The notes under the pieces are model-generated. The model ran no database searches. It saw only the letters and a list, made by a program, of their open reading frames with translations, and was not told where the DNA came from. Of a DNA stretch of 64,000 bases, positions 48,810 through 62,110 are shown piece after piece. The DNA comes from Camelus dromedarius. Taxonomy: Eukaryota. The stretch covers positions 10,852,001 to 10,916,000 of the forward strand of contig NC_087438.1 in NCBI RefSeq assembly GCF_036321535.1. The letters run 5' to 3'. The position numbers and the translations under genes were made by a program. Within the stretch, counting starts at the first letter, position 1; each line of letters begins with the position of its first letter.

Positions 48810-49335
48810 TCACGTGGATGTCTTCTGTTTGCATCTCCAGAGCCACTTCCCACTTTGCCATCTTGCTCCTGCCCTCAGGCACGGACCAGCATAGACCACA
48901 CCAAGAAGGTCTCCTGCCCTCTAGCTTCTAGCTGAGTCTGACCAATGGGGAGTGTCAGCAGGAGGTGGGAGAGAGATGAGGGGGCATCAGGGCATTGATT
49001 TGCCCAGGACGTTGCCTTCAGGGTCACCGCAGGTTGGTTTCCATTCTTTAAAGGAAGGCTTCAGTTATGGGCAAGTGGTCCTATCCACGCAGATAGGGGG
49101 CCTGCCCTGGGGGCTGGTAACTGCCAACTCCCTCCTTCTCTTCAGGCCTAAAGGTGGTAGCAAAGAACTTCTCTTCTAAGCCTCAGGGCCTGAGCACTGC
49201 ACAAACATTTTTGTCCCCCCACCCCCACAACACCAGCCTATAGCTTTTAAATAATCTTTTTACTAAACTCTCTTCAAATTACCCTCACCCGAGTGTGCCA
49301 CTGTGTTTCTGCCAGAACTCTGACTGAAGGATACA
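48810..49335 (+). mobile_element. LTR33-like ERVL solo LTR
   Basis: ctcctgccctctagcttctagctgagtctgaccaatgggg..cttcaggcctaaaggtggtagc..taaactctcttcaaattaccc..gagtgtgcca. Confidence 0.75.
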
Positions 49336-49814
49336 ATACAAAGTCTACACATTTTATTCCACAGAAGAAATTACTTTGTTGGTGGCAGTTGGGTGTGTGT
49401 GGAAGATTAGCATTTCTTTTTTGAAATCGCAGCATATGTGATAATTTAGCATTTCTTTTTCTGCCTTCACTGTGGGTATACTACTGTCTGTGAATTTATT
49501 TTCAGCCTGAAACTAAACATTTCTTCAAGGCTGGCCAGGCCAATTTCCTGGGTCTCACACTCAGAAAAATGGCAAGTGTCTGACTGCTTCTTAAAATACT
49601 TGCATCAGTTAGGAATTACAGTAACTCTATTAGCAACACGCTCAAAGAAAATCAAGGCTTAAGCAAGATAAGGAGTTGATTTTCTGTTAAGTAGTGAGAT
49701 GCCCCAATTTTAGGCACAAGGTTGGTACATGTGGAAGATTGCAAAATTGACCACAATTTTTTCTGCAGATCTTCCTGTCAAGTAGTGAGGTCTACTTCAC
49801 TACCCCCATGATTC

Positions 49815-50139
49815 CATGGGAGACGGAGAAAGATGGGGAAACAGTCTGTTGGTGGAGCAGGCAGAACACATGTTGATGTTATATTTGCAGTTTGTAGTGC
49901 TCCCAAACATTGACAATAGTAACATCAAAAGTCATTGATCATAGATCACTAAAACAAATCTAATAACAACGAAAAAGTCTGAAACATTGTGAGAATTACC
50001 AAAGTGTAACTCAGAGACAAAGAAATAAATGTTGTTGGAAAAATGGTGCTGATAGACTTGCTCGATGCAGAGTTGACCCAAACCTTCAATTTGTAAAGAA
50101 CACAGTATCTGTGAAGCATGATAAAATGAGGTATGCTTG
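49815..50139 (-). mobile_element. Tigger1 5'-terminal fragment (TcMar)
   Basis: Minus strand begins CAAGCATACCTCATTTTATCATGCTTCACAGATACTG..TTTACAAATTGAAGGTTTG; flanked by TA at 50140-50141. Confidence 0.85.
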
Positions 50140-51119
50140 TACATAGAACTACTCTATCATAACTAGATCTGAGACATCGTAGATGACTAAAAAATGAGTT
50201 TAATGAATCTCTGGCTTTATTTTATTTGCTCTCATCCCTGGGGATAGGACCATGATAGCTGATTAGGATCTCAAAATGTTTTATTTCCTTCTGAGATTTG
50301 TAGTAAAGAAAAAGGGACAAGCTAGCAGGAGCATTGTTTTGAGATCTACTCAGAGATCAAATCTGAAAAGGACTGTGTGGTATAGATAGTTTAAATCAGA
50401 AAGAAAGGATTGAGGGAAATTGTCAGTGTCTCCAGATTCTTTTAGCATGTCAGATTTTGTCAGTTTTTATTTTAGCCTCCATCCTGTAAAGCTTACATAT
50501 CTAAATCCTGGTGCATGATTGAACCAAAGTAAATCTGAATATAATCCATCACGGAATTAATCTGTGTAAAAATCAATGCCAAATAAAAATGGGTATCAGT
50601 CAGTCTACTGATCTGACTACATATTTATCCTAAGGTGTCTAAGAAAACAAAAAATTAAGTGTAATTACTGGGCACATCACTTGCACAACCAGAATTGTTT
50701 GAGATGCTCTACAGCGGTGATTTTGAGTTTATCTGGGGGTGGAATCTCCTTTAATGAAATTTCTAACCTGTCCACGTCTGATATTTGGTCATCCTGCACA
50801 TGACTAGTGGGTGGTTCATGCCACTTACGACTCATCACAAAAGTTTGACCATCCCCCAAATACTCCATACCTGTTCACAAGGTGACCCCACAGATCGCAC
50901 CCTTGGATGATACAGAAATAGAAAATTGCTATAAAAATCTCTAAGTACTTACTCTTGTTTCTTGTACTCATCTCACTGCTGTGACAATAAATCTTAAGAC
51001 TGGCCACAAAGAAGGAAAAGACATGCTCTGCACCAGGGAAACTGAGCATCTTGTTGGGAAGGTAACAAGGAAGGGAAGTCATTATTCTAAGAGCATATAG
51101 GAAAGTACGAGCACTGCTG

Positions 51120-51610
51120 TTTCTGTTGTGTCTCCAATGAACAGATCTGTAGACGAGAATTCAGGTGGAGGTAGATCATGGGGAAACGATCTCAGGAAGT
51201 ACTCCTAAGGGAGTGGGGATATGAGGTAGAGAAAGGAAAGATGCCAATACAGAGTGCCTTCAAGGGGAGGCTATTGTGATGGGAGACTGAGACGAATCCT
51301 GCTGGACCCCTTAGATTGTGTGACACAAGCTGGTGACAGACTGGGAGTATATACCCTCCAGCTTCCACAGGTCACTGGTTGAGACTTGCTTTGTTTCTGG
51401 GGAATTCCTGCACTTCCTCCTGCTCCACACATGTGCTGGCCAGCATGTTCTGTTGACCAGAGAAAGCCTTCAGGCAGAGTCCCAGGTCCTCATATCACAA
51501 AACCAAAGGTGTGCAAGGGAATGAGGAGGAATGAATGAATGAATGAATGAGGAGGAATGAATGAATGAATGAGGAGGAATGAATGGGGCATGGCTGGCAT
51601 CTGCTGCCAT
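51120..51610 (-). mobile_element. LTR16C-like ERVL solo LTR
   Basis: caggaagtactcctaagggagtgggga..gccaatacagagtg..ccagagaaagccttcaggcagagtc. Confidence 0.7.
51519..51585. repeat. (GAAT)n repeat punctuated by GAGGAG
   Basis: Directly visible: three GAGGAG spacers between GAAT runs. Confidence 0.95.
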
Positions 51611-51929
51611 TGTGTATAAATACATTAATAACCCTACATAATCAATAACCATAAATATAAGTAAACCCAAGGCAGGAGAATATCAAGCATTATTCAAGGA
51701 ATTATTCTTGGAGGAAGTTTAGTTTGAATGGGGCTATCAAGGATGGGTTCAAATAGAATGTCAGAGAGAAGGGGGCCTCTTAATCTAGGTGGAGGTAGTG
51801 AAATCAACAAGGACAAAGACAACTCCAGACAAAGACTCTGGAGTGAGTAAACACAGTGTGGCATCTACAAAGGAGACCCTGCTTGGAACAGAGGTGCCAT
51901 ATTGGAGAACAGACTGGGGCTTTCCTGAT

Positions 51930-52215
51930 ACTATTGACCTAAAATAGGCTGCCAAATATTTCTCCAGCAAAGATGGGTTTATTTGGCATCAGCAGAAAAT
52001 TGGAATTTGGGGTCTGCAACCATGGTGAGCCATGTGCAAGTCCCAGCAGGAAGAGAAGGAGAGTGCTCTTGTGGAGGGAAAAAGGAAGTTGAAAGGACTA
52101 TAGTAAACAGAGTTCATGGAGTTTTATTGGCTGAGTCCTTGCAGGGTGTGAGAGCTCCCTCTTCTGGCCACCTGACTGTATTTAATTGAGGCTTCTATTT
52201 ATTAAATTTTTACAG
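51930..52215 (-). mobile_element. ERV LTR fragment
   Basis: agatgggtttatttgg (antisense AATAAA), tggggtctgcaacc, ttattggctgagtcc. Confidence 0.5.
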
Positions 52216-52897
52216 TACTGATTGAAGATGTCATGAATGCAACATAAACAATAAATATGATTATAATCACTGACATGTAGTATGCATTTATAAATGTTTA
52301 TTACTGGGCTGAGCACTGTATTTTTATTTTTGTTATCTTTTTTTGATGTAACATGCACGAAACTATATTTCATAATAATACCCTGACGTAGGAAATTCCA
52401 CATTTAAAAAAATTTCTCCAAATTAATACAAATTTGTTCTTGTGAAATAAGAGATGAGGCCACTGGCCCTGAGTTTACCTTCAAATGCTTACTTTCTAAG
52501 TTCCTGGAGTTCCTTGAAGGCAAGTAGCTCTGTGTCAAGTGTGGTCATAAGAGCCTTTGTCAAGGCAGAAGTACCTAGAAGCTTTTCCCACTTAAGATTC
52601 TAAGGCTTCCACGTGGGGAAACCAGGAACTAGACCCACTAATCATGAGACTGGAAGGCCTCAGTTAACCACCTTCTGTGTCTATGGAAGACTCTCAACGT
52701 TTCTCATTTCTAGGCCAGTCTACTTCTGCCCTTTGAGACAATAAGACCATTTGGGGCTTGGAATATTAGGGGTGCTTAGAAATTTCTGTTTTCATTTCTA
52801 TGATTCAAAATTCCCAGATAAGAAATTCAGAACTTTAAACACAATTTCTGCCTAGCTTCTTGAGATGTGAGAAAACTATTCCTTTTGGTCCTTTAGG

Positions 52898-53378
52898 TTT
52901 ATGAGCACAAAAACCTAAATTGGTATCTCGTGGAATAAAATTCATATTTTATGATAAGACAAGAAAAATTTAAGCAAAAACGTTCCCCTGTCCTTTGGCC
53001 TCCTCTCTCCCCACTCGGTGCATTGTGTGTCTGCCTTATGCATCAACCAAATCTCCCCCCATGGGTGGGAATAACTGCTCAACCATAAAAAGTAATATTC
53101 TCCTAGCATCAACAAGACAACCCTTTAAAATGTAACACTCCCTCTTGATCTTGTAAGGGGTCACATGACCCACCACGATGCGCTTAAATCTGGATTATGT
53201 AGACTGTCAACAGCATGTCATCTGATGTAGAGCCCTCTGTCTCAAAAAACATATATGACTCTGCTTTGTCTTCTAATGGGCAGAACAGTTCTCAGAGCTT
53301 CCTGGGTTATAATCCTCAGACTTGGCTGGAATAAAATTTTCCATTTCCTTCTTAGATTGACTGATTAATTTTTCATCA
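52898..53378 (+). mobile_element. ERV1 solo LTR (MER34/MER39-like)
   Basis: cagaacagttctcagagc..ctgggttataatcctcag..ttggctggaataaaa..ttagattgactgattaatttttcatc. Confidence 0.7.
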
Positions 53379-53379
53379 A

Positions 53380-53560
53380 AAATCCTAGTTGGTTATCTTG
53401 GCACATATAATCACCACAACAACCCTATGAGGTAATATTATAACACTCGTTAAAGAGGAAGTTGAGGCTTAGTGAGGTTTTAGAAATACACCGAAGATTA
53501 CATTGGTAGTGGGATGTCTGTCTAACTTCGTGGTTGTAGCAGCCCCAAAACTATGTATGC
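53380..53560 (-). mobile_element. MIR
   Basis: taatcaccacaacaaccctatgaggtaatatta..agaggaagttgaggcttagtgaggtt. Confidence 0.8.
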
Positions 53561-53959
53561 GGTCATTCAAATTTGATTTGATAGTAGCTACATACCTTTG
53601 CAAACTCTGAAGCTCTTGTGCAAGTTTAAGAAAGCAATCTTTTGAATGTTTTAAAGAAGTGAACGAATGGAGATGTGGAGACTTTTGAAGAGGCTGGATC
53701 AGTAATCCACACATGAAGTTTGAAACTAGGAGACATCGTGGAGAATGATTCATTGATTACCTAGGGGAACAGAAGAAGGGGAAGTTGAGCACAGACAGAT
53801 AAAGGTAGGTTTCAAAATCTCTCCTCCCTCCACTCCTGAATGTCTCATTAAATATTTAAGGTTTTTCCTCACTTAATTATCACATAAATGGCAACATGGA
53901 GCAGTTAAAATCTAATAATCCTGTCATCATGGTCCCAAACCAAATTCACTTATAGTTAC

Positions 53960-54505
53960 TATTGAGTCTGAACATTAAATCTTTCTGATAAACTTTAAGT
54001 TCAATTTTCCAATGGAACAAACAACTTTGATATTGTATTAAGTTTATGGAATACATTTTAGGGATTTGGCAGGATTATATTAAGACTGTCCAGGCTGCAA
54101 CATGATATGTTTGTCTGTCTTTCCATTTCTTTCTTTTATGATCTTCAATAAAGTTTTAAAATTTTTTCTTCTTGTTAAGCTTGCACATTTCTCAAACTGT
54201 ACATTTCTATACCTTTTATATTAACTGTTGCTGATATAAATGGATTTGCTTTCATTATATCACCTAACCTATTATTGCTAATACAAAAGAAAGCTATTAT
54301 TCTGGTATATTTATCTTATGTTAGAGAAATAATTCTCAGTAGATCTTAGGGTTGTCAGCAGCTTTCATTATTCTTCTGGGTATCCTAGATGGATAATTCA
54401 TATTATTTGCAAATAATAATTACTTTCTAATAATAACATCTTTTCCTTTTTTGCTTAGTGCATTGGCAGGAAATACAGACAATGTTGAAAAATAATGATA
54501 GTTTT
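53960..54505 (-). mobile_element. Old L1 ORF2 fragment
   Basis: ttcaataaagttttaaaattttttc..ttgctaatacaaaagaaagctatt..atttgcaaataataat..agacaatgttgaaaaataatgatag. Confidence 0.7.
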
Positions 54506-55631
54506 AAAACTTTTAAATCTTTATAGCAAGCAGTACAAGTCTGATAAAACCAAACTGTAAATCATGTAATACTTCAAATTATTATTTTGGATTAGATTTG
54601 TTGAATAAAGGGCTGTAGTTATGTTAATTCAACAAACCATAATTCTGAGGCAAATCACTTCTTTAAAAGGAAACTCATCATAAATGGGAATTGACTGAAT
54701 TCCACAAGATACTAGTGTCTTCATGAGGCAAGATCTTGGTACCTGAAATATTTAATATATGATATCTGGCTGAACAGTTCATTTCCAGAGAATTTTTGGC
54801 TCACTCAAACAAGCTCTACCACTTTTGAAAATGTCTCCTTTGGATAAAGGGCACACTGGGAAGTTTATACTATTGAAAGCAGCAGTAAATACAATATATA
54901 GTTTATTGTTAAAGGGATTTGAAAGGTTATTTATATTAGGTATTTATTTCAAGCATGGGTATATGATGGTTCACTTTTATTCCTTTCCATGGACTAAAAT
55001 AAAATGACATCATTAAAAATCATCTGAAAATAATTAGGATTGTGTCTCTACTTGGATTCTGAGTGGGAATAAATAGGCACATTGGCAGGGACAGTGATCA
55101 GAGGTAGTGCTAGGGAAACTCTGGACACTGGAAGAAACAAATGTCTTTCAGTACTGAATGAAGTAGAGTCATGTGCCCAGGGAGGGATGCTGGAGAAGTG
55201 AACCCAGTGGTGATCACTGACCCTGGCCAGGAAATAAAACAGGTGTCCAAAATCCAAAAAGAGAAAAGTTGTCTGTTAGGTTTCAACAGGGATCAAATCC
55301 CACAACATAAAAAAAGAAGGTGTCATAACGACCAAACCTCCAAAGCTAATGTAAATTGGGTAATTGGAACAATTTTGCCTGATGTCTTTTTTTTTTTATT
55401 TTGCCAAGTGCATATTTTAGTGGTGATCCTACAAAGTTACAAATACTTATAATAAGCACCCAGGGGCTTCTATCTGATTGATTCTAGATACTTAATTAAA
55501 TCTTTTCCTTTGTTTTAGATATGAACTCCTGAATGAGAGGGTAGCATCTAAGAGCAGGGTTCTGGCTATGAGTCCAAACTGACACAATCCCTTGGCTTTT
55601 CTCCAAATTTTTCTCCAAAAAGAATTGCTTT

Positions 55632-55757
55632 CTCACAGCGAAAAAAAAAATGTGACAATGAATATATGTATGTTCACGTATAACTGAAAAATTGTGCTCT
55701 ACACTGGAAATTGACGCAGCATTGTAAAATGACTGTAACTCAATAAAAAATGTTAAA
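55632..55757 (+). mobile_element. Young L1 3' end with TSD
   Basis: ctcacagcgaaaaaaaaaatgtgacaatgaatatatgtatgttc..caataaaaaatgtt(A)n; TSD aaaaagaattgYttt at 55617-55631 and 55758-55772. Confidence 0.92.
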
Positions 55758-55830
55758 AAAAAGAATTGTTTTTTGGAGAAAGATTGGCATAAGCAAAGTC
55801 AGATAAAAGGGGTGGATAAGCAGTAGAATA

Positions 55831-55832
<2 letters not shown>

Positions 55833-55880
<48 letters not shown>
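55833..55880. repeat. (CA)n microsatellite
   Basis: About 24 uninterrupted CA units. Confidence 0.99.
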
Positions 55881-55882
<2 letters not shown>

Positions 55883-56249
55883 GGAATTAAGCATACATAG
55901 CAAATGCGTGGAATTGAATTAATGATGGCATGTGACATACAATCCTGCCTTGATTCACACAAAACAGGCACTGTCAGGTACTTGGATGTTGCCTATGAAA
56001 TGTACTTTTTCTGATCTGTAGGATCAAACATGCACTTCACTGACGTTTGGCCAATAAAAATTCTGTTGAGTAGACATCGAACTCTGTGCTCTACATAAAT
56101 GTTTCACCATTTTGGTCTTTGATAAGACATTTACTTGTTGTTCTGTAGTAACATTTCTTTAACTGACAGGGTAGCACAACAAAAAGACTCGTATTAATTG
56201 CATTTAAATAAAAGTATAGATCAGAGAATATAACCAATATTTTATCAAG

Positions 56250-56352
56250 ACTATAAATGGAGTATAACATTTAAAAATTGTGAATCACTATACTGTACAC
56301 CTGTAACTTATATAATATTGTGCATCAACTGTAAGACAATAAAATTTTTTTA
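56250..56352 (+). mobile_element. Short L1 3' end
   Basis: aaattgtgaatcactatactgtacacctgtaacttatataatattgtgcatcaact. Confidence 0.75.
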
Positions 56353-57369
56353 ATAAACAAAAGTTTAGAGAACCTTCACTTACCCAGAAAACTAAAATTA
56401 GGATCTTCTGGTAAACCAATTGTTTTGGTTATGTGAGGATTATGTATTCAGAATGCACACACTGAACAAAAATAACATAATTTGGTTAATTTCTGATAGT
56501 CCACAAGGATTATGTCATCCCTTAAGATCCTTATTTTTCAGTAATAATCATTGTATGGCACCATGCACTAAATCTGGTGATTTGTAATTTGATTTAGCTA
56601 TCATTTAAATTTTAGATAACTAGAAGTTTCAATTCATAATTCTGAATCAATTTCTTTCCTTGAAAGAAAAATAATCTTCAAGTGGCTTTGTTGTAGAGGA
56701 ATTATATTTCCTAGAAGGTGTATGCCTCAGGGAACTTTGTAGAACAGACACCTCATTTATAATCAGAACCAATAAAACTTATTTTAATTTTGGAAAACAG
56801 AAGAACTCTGCAGGGTGTTGGGAGCTCCCAGTCACTGTGACCTTGAAAACCCTTCCAGCGTCACACACAGTACCTTAAAATGAAATTTGTGCAGGATCTG
56901 GTACAGCTGAGCAAAAGAGACCAGGTTCAATTTTCATGATATTAAGATTGTATTATACCAGAAATTAATGATGATTGCACAAGGCTCTAAACACTTTCCA
57001 CATACTAATAAACACCAGAGCTGAAAGAAAATATGTAATTAATGCCGCAGCAGCTGCTGACTATTGCCAAACTCTGCCACCCATAAAAGAAGTTACAACA
57101 CTGCTGCATTATTATTACAGTCTATGCCCTTTGTAAATATTTGTTTTTAATAAAATGATCCATAGGTAACAAAAATACTTAACTTAGTTTTGAAAGTCCT
57201 CTAGCATGACTCTAGGAGACACAGTAAAGGAGAAACTTTCAAACACAAAGCCCCAAAGCACTTGGAAGAACATTTTGTGGAAACAGCTTATGGTTCTCCT
57301 GCAGCAGATGGGATGGAGAAAGTACCATGGATTAAAGCACCTTTTCTAAATTTTTTAAATGGGCACTTG

Positions 57370-57810
57370 TTGTTGAGTTGCCCAGCATGCTTTTCTTTTT
57401 GAGGATAACTCAGCTATTTTAGAGAAATGGCTCACTCCTTGGCCAGTGATAGTATCCTGTTTGCCAAACCACCCCTACTTTTCTGAAGACACAGGAGAGC
57501 ACAAACATGAACCTGCCTGGCCAGTTAGTCTTTCCTTTAGGGTTTTCCAGTTGTGACCTAGAGAAGTGTAGCCCTTCCTCTCAGGTGGTGAAACGAAAGT
57601 GTGAGTCCAGAGATGCTAGCGGCCTTTTGGAGAAAGCTAGTCCGCCCCAGGAAATAAAAAAGCTGCCAGTCAGTATGAAGCAGAAGCCAGCAGCAGGCAT
57701 GACCCACAGCCTCAAGTCCCTGATTCCTGCTACCTGCTACTCTACCTGGCTTTTCTCAGTGGTGCAAGCCAACCAATTCCCCTTTGTGCCCAAGGTGATT
57801 TGAACTGTGT
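57370..57810 (+). mobile_element. Old MLT1 (J/K/L-type) LTR
   Basis: gttgagttgcccagcatgc..gtgcaagccaaccaattcccctttgtgcccaag. Confidence 0.55.
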
Positions 57811-57849
57811 CTTGACCTACACTTCCCCTTTCAAGAATAGATTGATGCT

Positions 57850-57962
57850 AGCTTTTATTAGTTGCCTTGTGATCTTGCACAAGCTATGTAATCTCTCTAA
57901 CTGTTTTCTATATCTGTAAAATGGGAACCATAACATTGTTGAGAGGATTAAATGAGCTACTA
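57850..57962 (+). mobile_element. MIR core
   Basis: tgtgatcttgcacaag..atctgtaaaatgggaacc..ttgttgagaggattaaatgag. Confidence 0.8.
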
Positions 57963-58055
57963 GAAATATATTTTGTATTTATCTGTTTATCATCAGTCTC
58001 TTTCACTATAAGAATGAGGACTGGTTCTGCGATGATTCTACAACATAGCCCATAG

Positions 58056-58930
58056 ATTAATTATCAGAGAAATGCAAATCAAAACTACAATGACCGCACC
58101 TCACAGCAGTCAGAATGGCCGTCATTAAAAAGTCCATGAATGATAAATACTGGAGAGGGTGTGGGGAAAAAGGAACACTCCTACACTGCTGGTGGAAATG
58201 TAGTGTGGTGCAGCCATTATAGAAAACTGTGGAGATTCCCCAAAAAACTAAAAATAGGTTTATCATACAATCCAGCAATCCCATTTCTGGGTATATATTT
58301 GGAGGGAACTCTAATTTGAAAAGATACATGCACCCCAATGTTCATAGCAGCACTACATACAACAGCCAAGACATGGAAGCAACCTAAACGTCCATCGACA
58401 GATGACTGGGTAAAGAAGTTGTGCCGTATTTATACAATGGAATAATACTCAGCTATAAAAAAGAATAAAATAATGCCATTTGCAGCAACACAGATGGACC
58501 TGGAGACTGTCATTCTAAGTGAAGTAAGCCATAAGGAGAAAGAAAAATACCATATGATATCACTCAAATGTGGAATTAAAAAAAAAAAGAAAGAAGAGAT
58601 TGTATGAACTCATCTACAAAACAGAAACAGACTTGCAGACATAGTAAACAATCTTATGGCTACTGGGGAAAGGTGGTGGGAAGGGATAAATTTGTGAATT
58701 TGAGATTTGCAAATGTTAGCCACTATATATAAAAAAAGATTTTTAAAAAAGTTTCTTTTATATAGCACAGGGAACTATATTTAATAGCTTATAATAACCT
58801 TTAATGAAAAAGAATATGAAAACAAATATATGTATGTATATGCATGACTGGGACACTGTACAGTACATCAGAAATTGACACATTATAACTGACTATACTT
58901 CAATAAAAATAAAATAAAATAGAATAAAAT
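58056..58930 (+). mobile_element. 5'-truncated L1 (ORF2 C-terminus plus 3' UTR and A-rich tail)
   Basis: atcagagaaatgcaaatcaaaactacaatga..atgcaccccaatgttcatagcagcact..(AAAAT)n tail; possible degenerate TSD atagccca / ataggccca. Confidence 0.95.
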
Positions 58931-59299
58931 ATAGGCCCAAATTCTTTGACATTCCATCCAATCAAAAGATATAACTTTACCTTATTTCCTTGAATGTGGG
59001 TCAGTTTGTGACCATTTTAACCAATAGAATGCTATGTGTGTGTGTACATATTTATATAAATATAGTATGTATGTAATTGACGTATATATGTAATTTATGA
59101 CCAGTAAAAAGTTACATACTTGCTTTTTTATTTTTTAACCAAAGTTATCACATTCCTTTAGTTTTTTCAGTTCTTTTTAGATTTTTCCAAACTTTCAAAC
59201 ATTCTAATTAATCAAAATGAAAAACAAAATAAAATAAAACTTATCTATCTATGTATGTAACCTTAGCCTGCAAATGTTTATTAATTGTCCTTCAAGTCT

Positions 59300-59640
59300 C
59301 CAGTAAGGTGTCATGTCCTTCATGAAAACACATATATAATTTCATGTACATATGCCAGAAATTCTATATAATAGATACCTCTAAGTAAGATTGCTGAATC
59401 AAAGGGGTTATATATTTTACTGTGGATTGACTCTGCCATATGGTCTCACAAAAGGTTAGACCAGTTTATATTCCTATCAAAAAAGTATAAGACTGTTTAC
59501 ACCATTGCTAACATGAGCTATTATCAAACTTAAAAATGAATGCCGATTATGAGTAAGAATTATCTCATTGTTTCAGTTTCCATTTTTCTGATTTCAGTTA
59601 GGAAATCTTTGCAAGTGTTTTAAGACATTTATCTAAAGGC
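59300..59640 (-). mobile_element. Old L1 3' fragment
   Basis: atagatacctctaagtaagattgctgaatcaaaggg..ccagtttatattcctatc..tatctcattgtttcagttt. Confidence 0.65.
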
Positions 59641-59899
59641 TTAAAAATCAGTTGGGCAAAAATATAAGCAAAAATATTTTTTATCCACAGAAGAAAAATC
59701 ATCTTTTATTAAAAATGTGTTAGAACAAACAAAATAATTTTAAGATGCCTGGATATAAGATCAACACAAACTGAATGGTTTTCAACTTGCTGTAATATTC
59801 ACTAAGTAATGAAACTATTTGTCTTTTATTCTACTTATATAATGAATGATAATTAGTAGATATGGGTACAAAATATAGACAGCAAACCACACATAATTT

Positions 59900-60900
59900 C
59901 TTGGTACAATACTTTCTGAGAGGTATGAGTAGGAATAAGTGGCAAAGAATTTTTGAAGTGAAAGAAGAATGAGAAAAGGAGAGGACTGAGAGTTAAGAAA
60001 ATTGGCAAGAAAAAGATTATAATGATGGACTGTGGAATTTAAATTGGGTAGAAGGGAGGTGAAGACACATGGGTATGGATAAGGAAAAAGTCGTATGGTC
60101 AATGGTTTTATATTTTGTTTAAAAGAATAAAATGATGGAATTAAATAATTAGCTGAATAATAGAATGTGGTTATTGCTGAATGAGAAGCTTGAAACTCAG
60201 GATTTCAAGATAATGCAATAATGAGAGATGATTAAGTCAAGTAGATGACTGTGACATCGCTAATGGGAGGTGGAAAATAAGATCCCTGGAGGCAAAGAGC
60301 CCAAAAGGCAGAGAGATGAATTGTTGGGGGATAATTTATGTAAATGCTGTCACCAAATAAAACGATGAAGAAGTAAGAGTGAAAATAAAGACAGTGATGC
60401 AGGTGCTATATGGTCATCATCAGAGAGTGAAGGATGTGAGTGGGATGTTGGTAGATAACTGAAGAAGGTTTATTAAGTGGCAAAATCAGATGGTGTGAGC
60501 TTCCCAGGAAATGCAAAGTTTGAAATAAGAAGTAAGATGATTTGGAAGTGGCAGTGAAGAGCATGGAGGAAACTTACCCCACCTCCAGGTCTCGAAAGAC
60601 ACAAACAGCTATGGAACAGCATCCACTGAAGAAGGTGACAGGAATCAGTATTATCAGAGGATAGGCAGGAAGGTGGAGGAAATTTTCAGAGAAGTTGAAG
60701 ATACATAGGAGTTTGTGGGTGACAGAGCCTTCAGAGGACACAATTCAAGGGCCCAAAGTAAGGGAGGTCGGAAAGATGGATCATGTTCAAGGAGGTACAG
60801 AGGTCCGGGAATAAGGGAGGACCTGGGAGACTCAGGCTTCTTTGGTGAGATGCAGGTAGGTACGATCCAGAGACCTTGGGGGAAGCAGGTAGTCTGTTCA
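59900..60900 (-). mobile_element. L2 internal fragments
   Basis: Purine-rich antisense L2-like text (gatgactgtgac..gatttggaagtggcagtgaagagc..cttaccccacctccagg). Confidence 0.5.
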
Positions 60901-61944
60901 ATCTGGAAGGTCTGGGGCCACAGCTGTGATGACTACAAGCTCGTGTTGTGTGCAGGGGCAGCCTGGGAGGCGCGTGCTAACCTCTGCGGAGGGCTGATCT
61001 CTTAGGCAGCCAAGAGCCTGGGACTGTTGAGGTCTCTTGCTTTTGCAGGAGAGTGTTGTCACAGCCCCCTGGATTGACTGTCCTCCCTGGAGAAAGCAGC
61101 TTTGCAATGGCCTCTAATCTTCTTTTTTCGATGTGTTTCCAGAGCACCCAAGGACAAAGGTTATTGACAAATCTTGAGAAATTTGAACCTCAGGAAAGAC
61201 AGAGCTTCATTCTCTCCAGATCTCCATTCACGGAGCCATACACCCAGGTCCCTCCCTCCCGGGTGCACTGGCACGGTCTCACTCCAGAATCCCCTGCGTA
61301 ATATCACTTCCTTAGAGATCCACTCCCTGAGGAAACATGGGCGTCTTTAGTCAAGTTTATTTAGATCGTAATCTCTTTCAGACAGAGGCTGTATCTGTTT
61401 TATCTGTGGTTGAGGCAGCCATGGTAAATCATTTTTTGCTCGAGGCCAACAAGAATCAGTGAGAGAAAGTGTTAAAATAGCAGAGGCAAGTCAGCCAGGA
61501 AGATATCTCTGGGTGGAGAATTCCTTCCTCCGTCTGTGAGAATTAAAGAAATGGTAATGGAGGGGAAATGACAAAAGCCCAGGAGCTGGTCTTGAAACAT
61601 GTGGTAACCTTGCTTGGGTTGCTAACATGCTGCTTATCACCCAGTCCTGGGGCACGTGGCCAAGTGGCAGAGCTGGGCAAACTTTCTTCTGTAGGTTTTT
61701 AGGAGACGGAAATTGTGTATTATCATGTGTGTCTGAAAAAGCTACGCCCCTGAACTCTGAGCATAATCCTGAAACTCTCTATCCTTGAGTTCCCAGTGCT
61801 GCTGCTCAAAGGACCCAACCTATCTGTTCAGTTTCTTAAAGAGCTGCTATTTTCAGGGGCCCTGACTGGCACTTCAAGTATTTTCTTAACCCTTCCCCCA
61901 TTACAAGAACTTTAAAATAGTAACCCCTTTTTGATCGGTCTGAT

Positions 61945-62110
61945 GGACAGAGAGCTGATTTTGGAGCAGGTCACTCCTTATTCTGGTCCCAGACCTGCTA
62001 CAAATTAAGAGAGTGACTTAGGAAAGACATTTTGCCTTGCTGGTCTCAATCTTCTCTTCTGTAAAGTGAGAGGGTTGACCCCTTGCCAGTTCGAACATCC
62101 TGTAAACCTT
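61945..62110 (+). mobile_element. MIR
   Basis: ttctggtcccagacctgctac..gtgactttaggaaag..tggtctcaatcttctcttctgtaaagtgag. Confidence 0.7.

Noticed and set aside
51519..51585. Regularly interspaced repeat (CRISPR-like)
   Set aside because: Simple GAAT/GAG microsatellite with no unique spacers, in a mammalian context.
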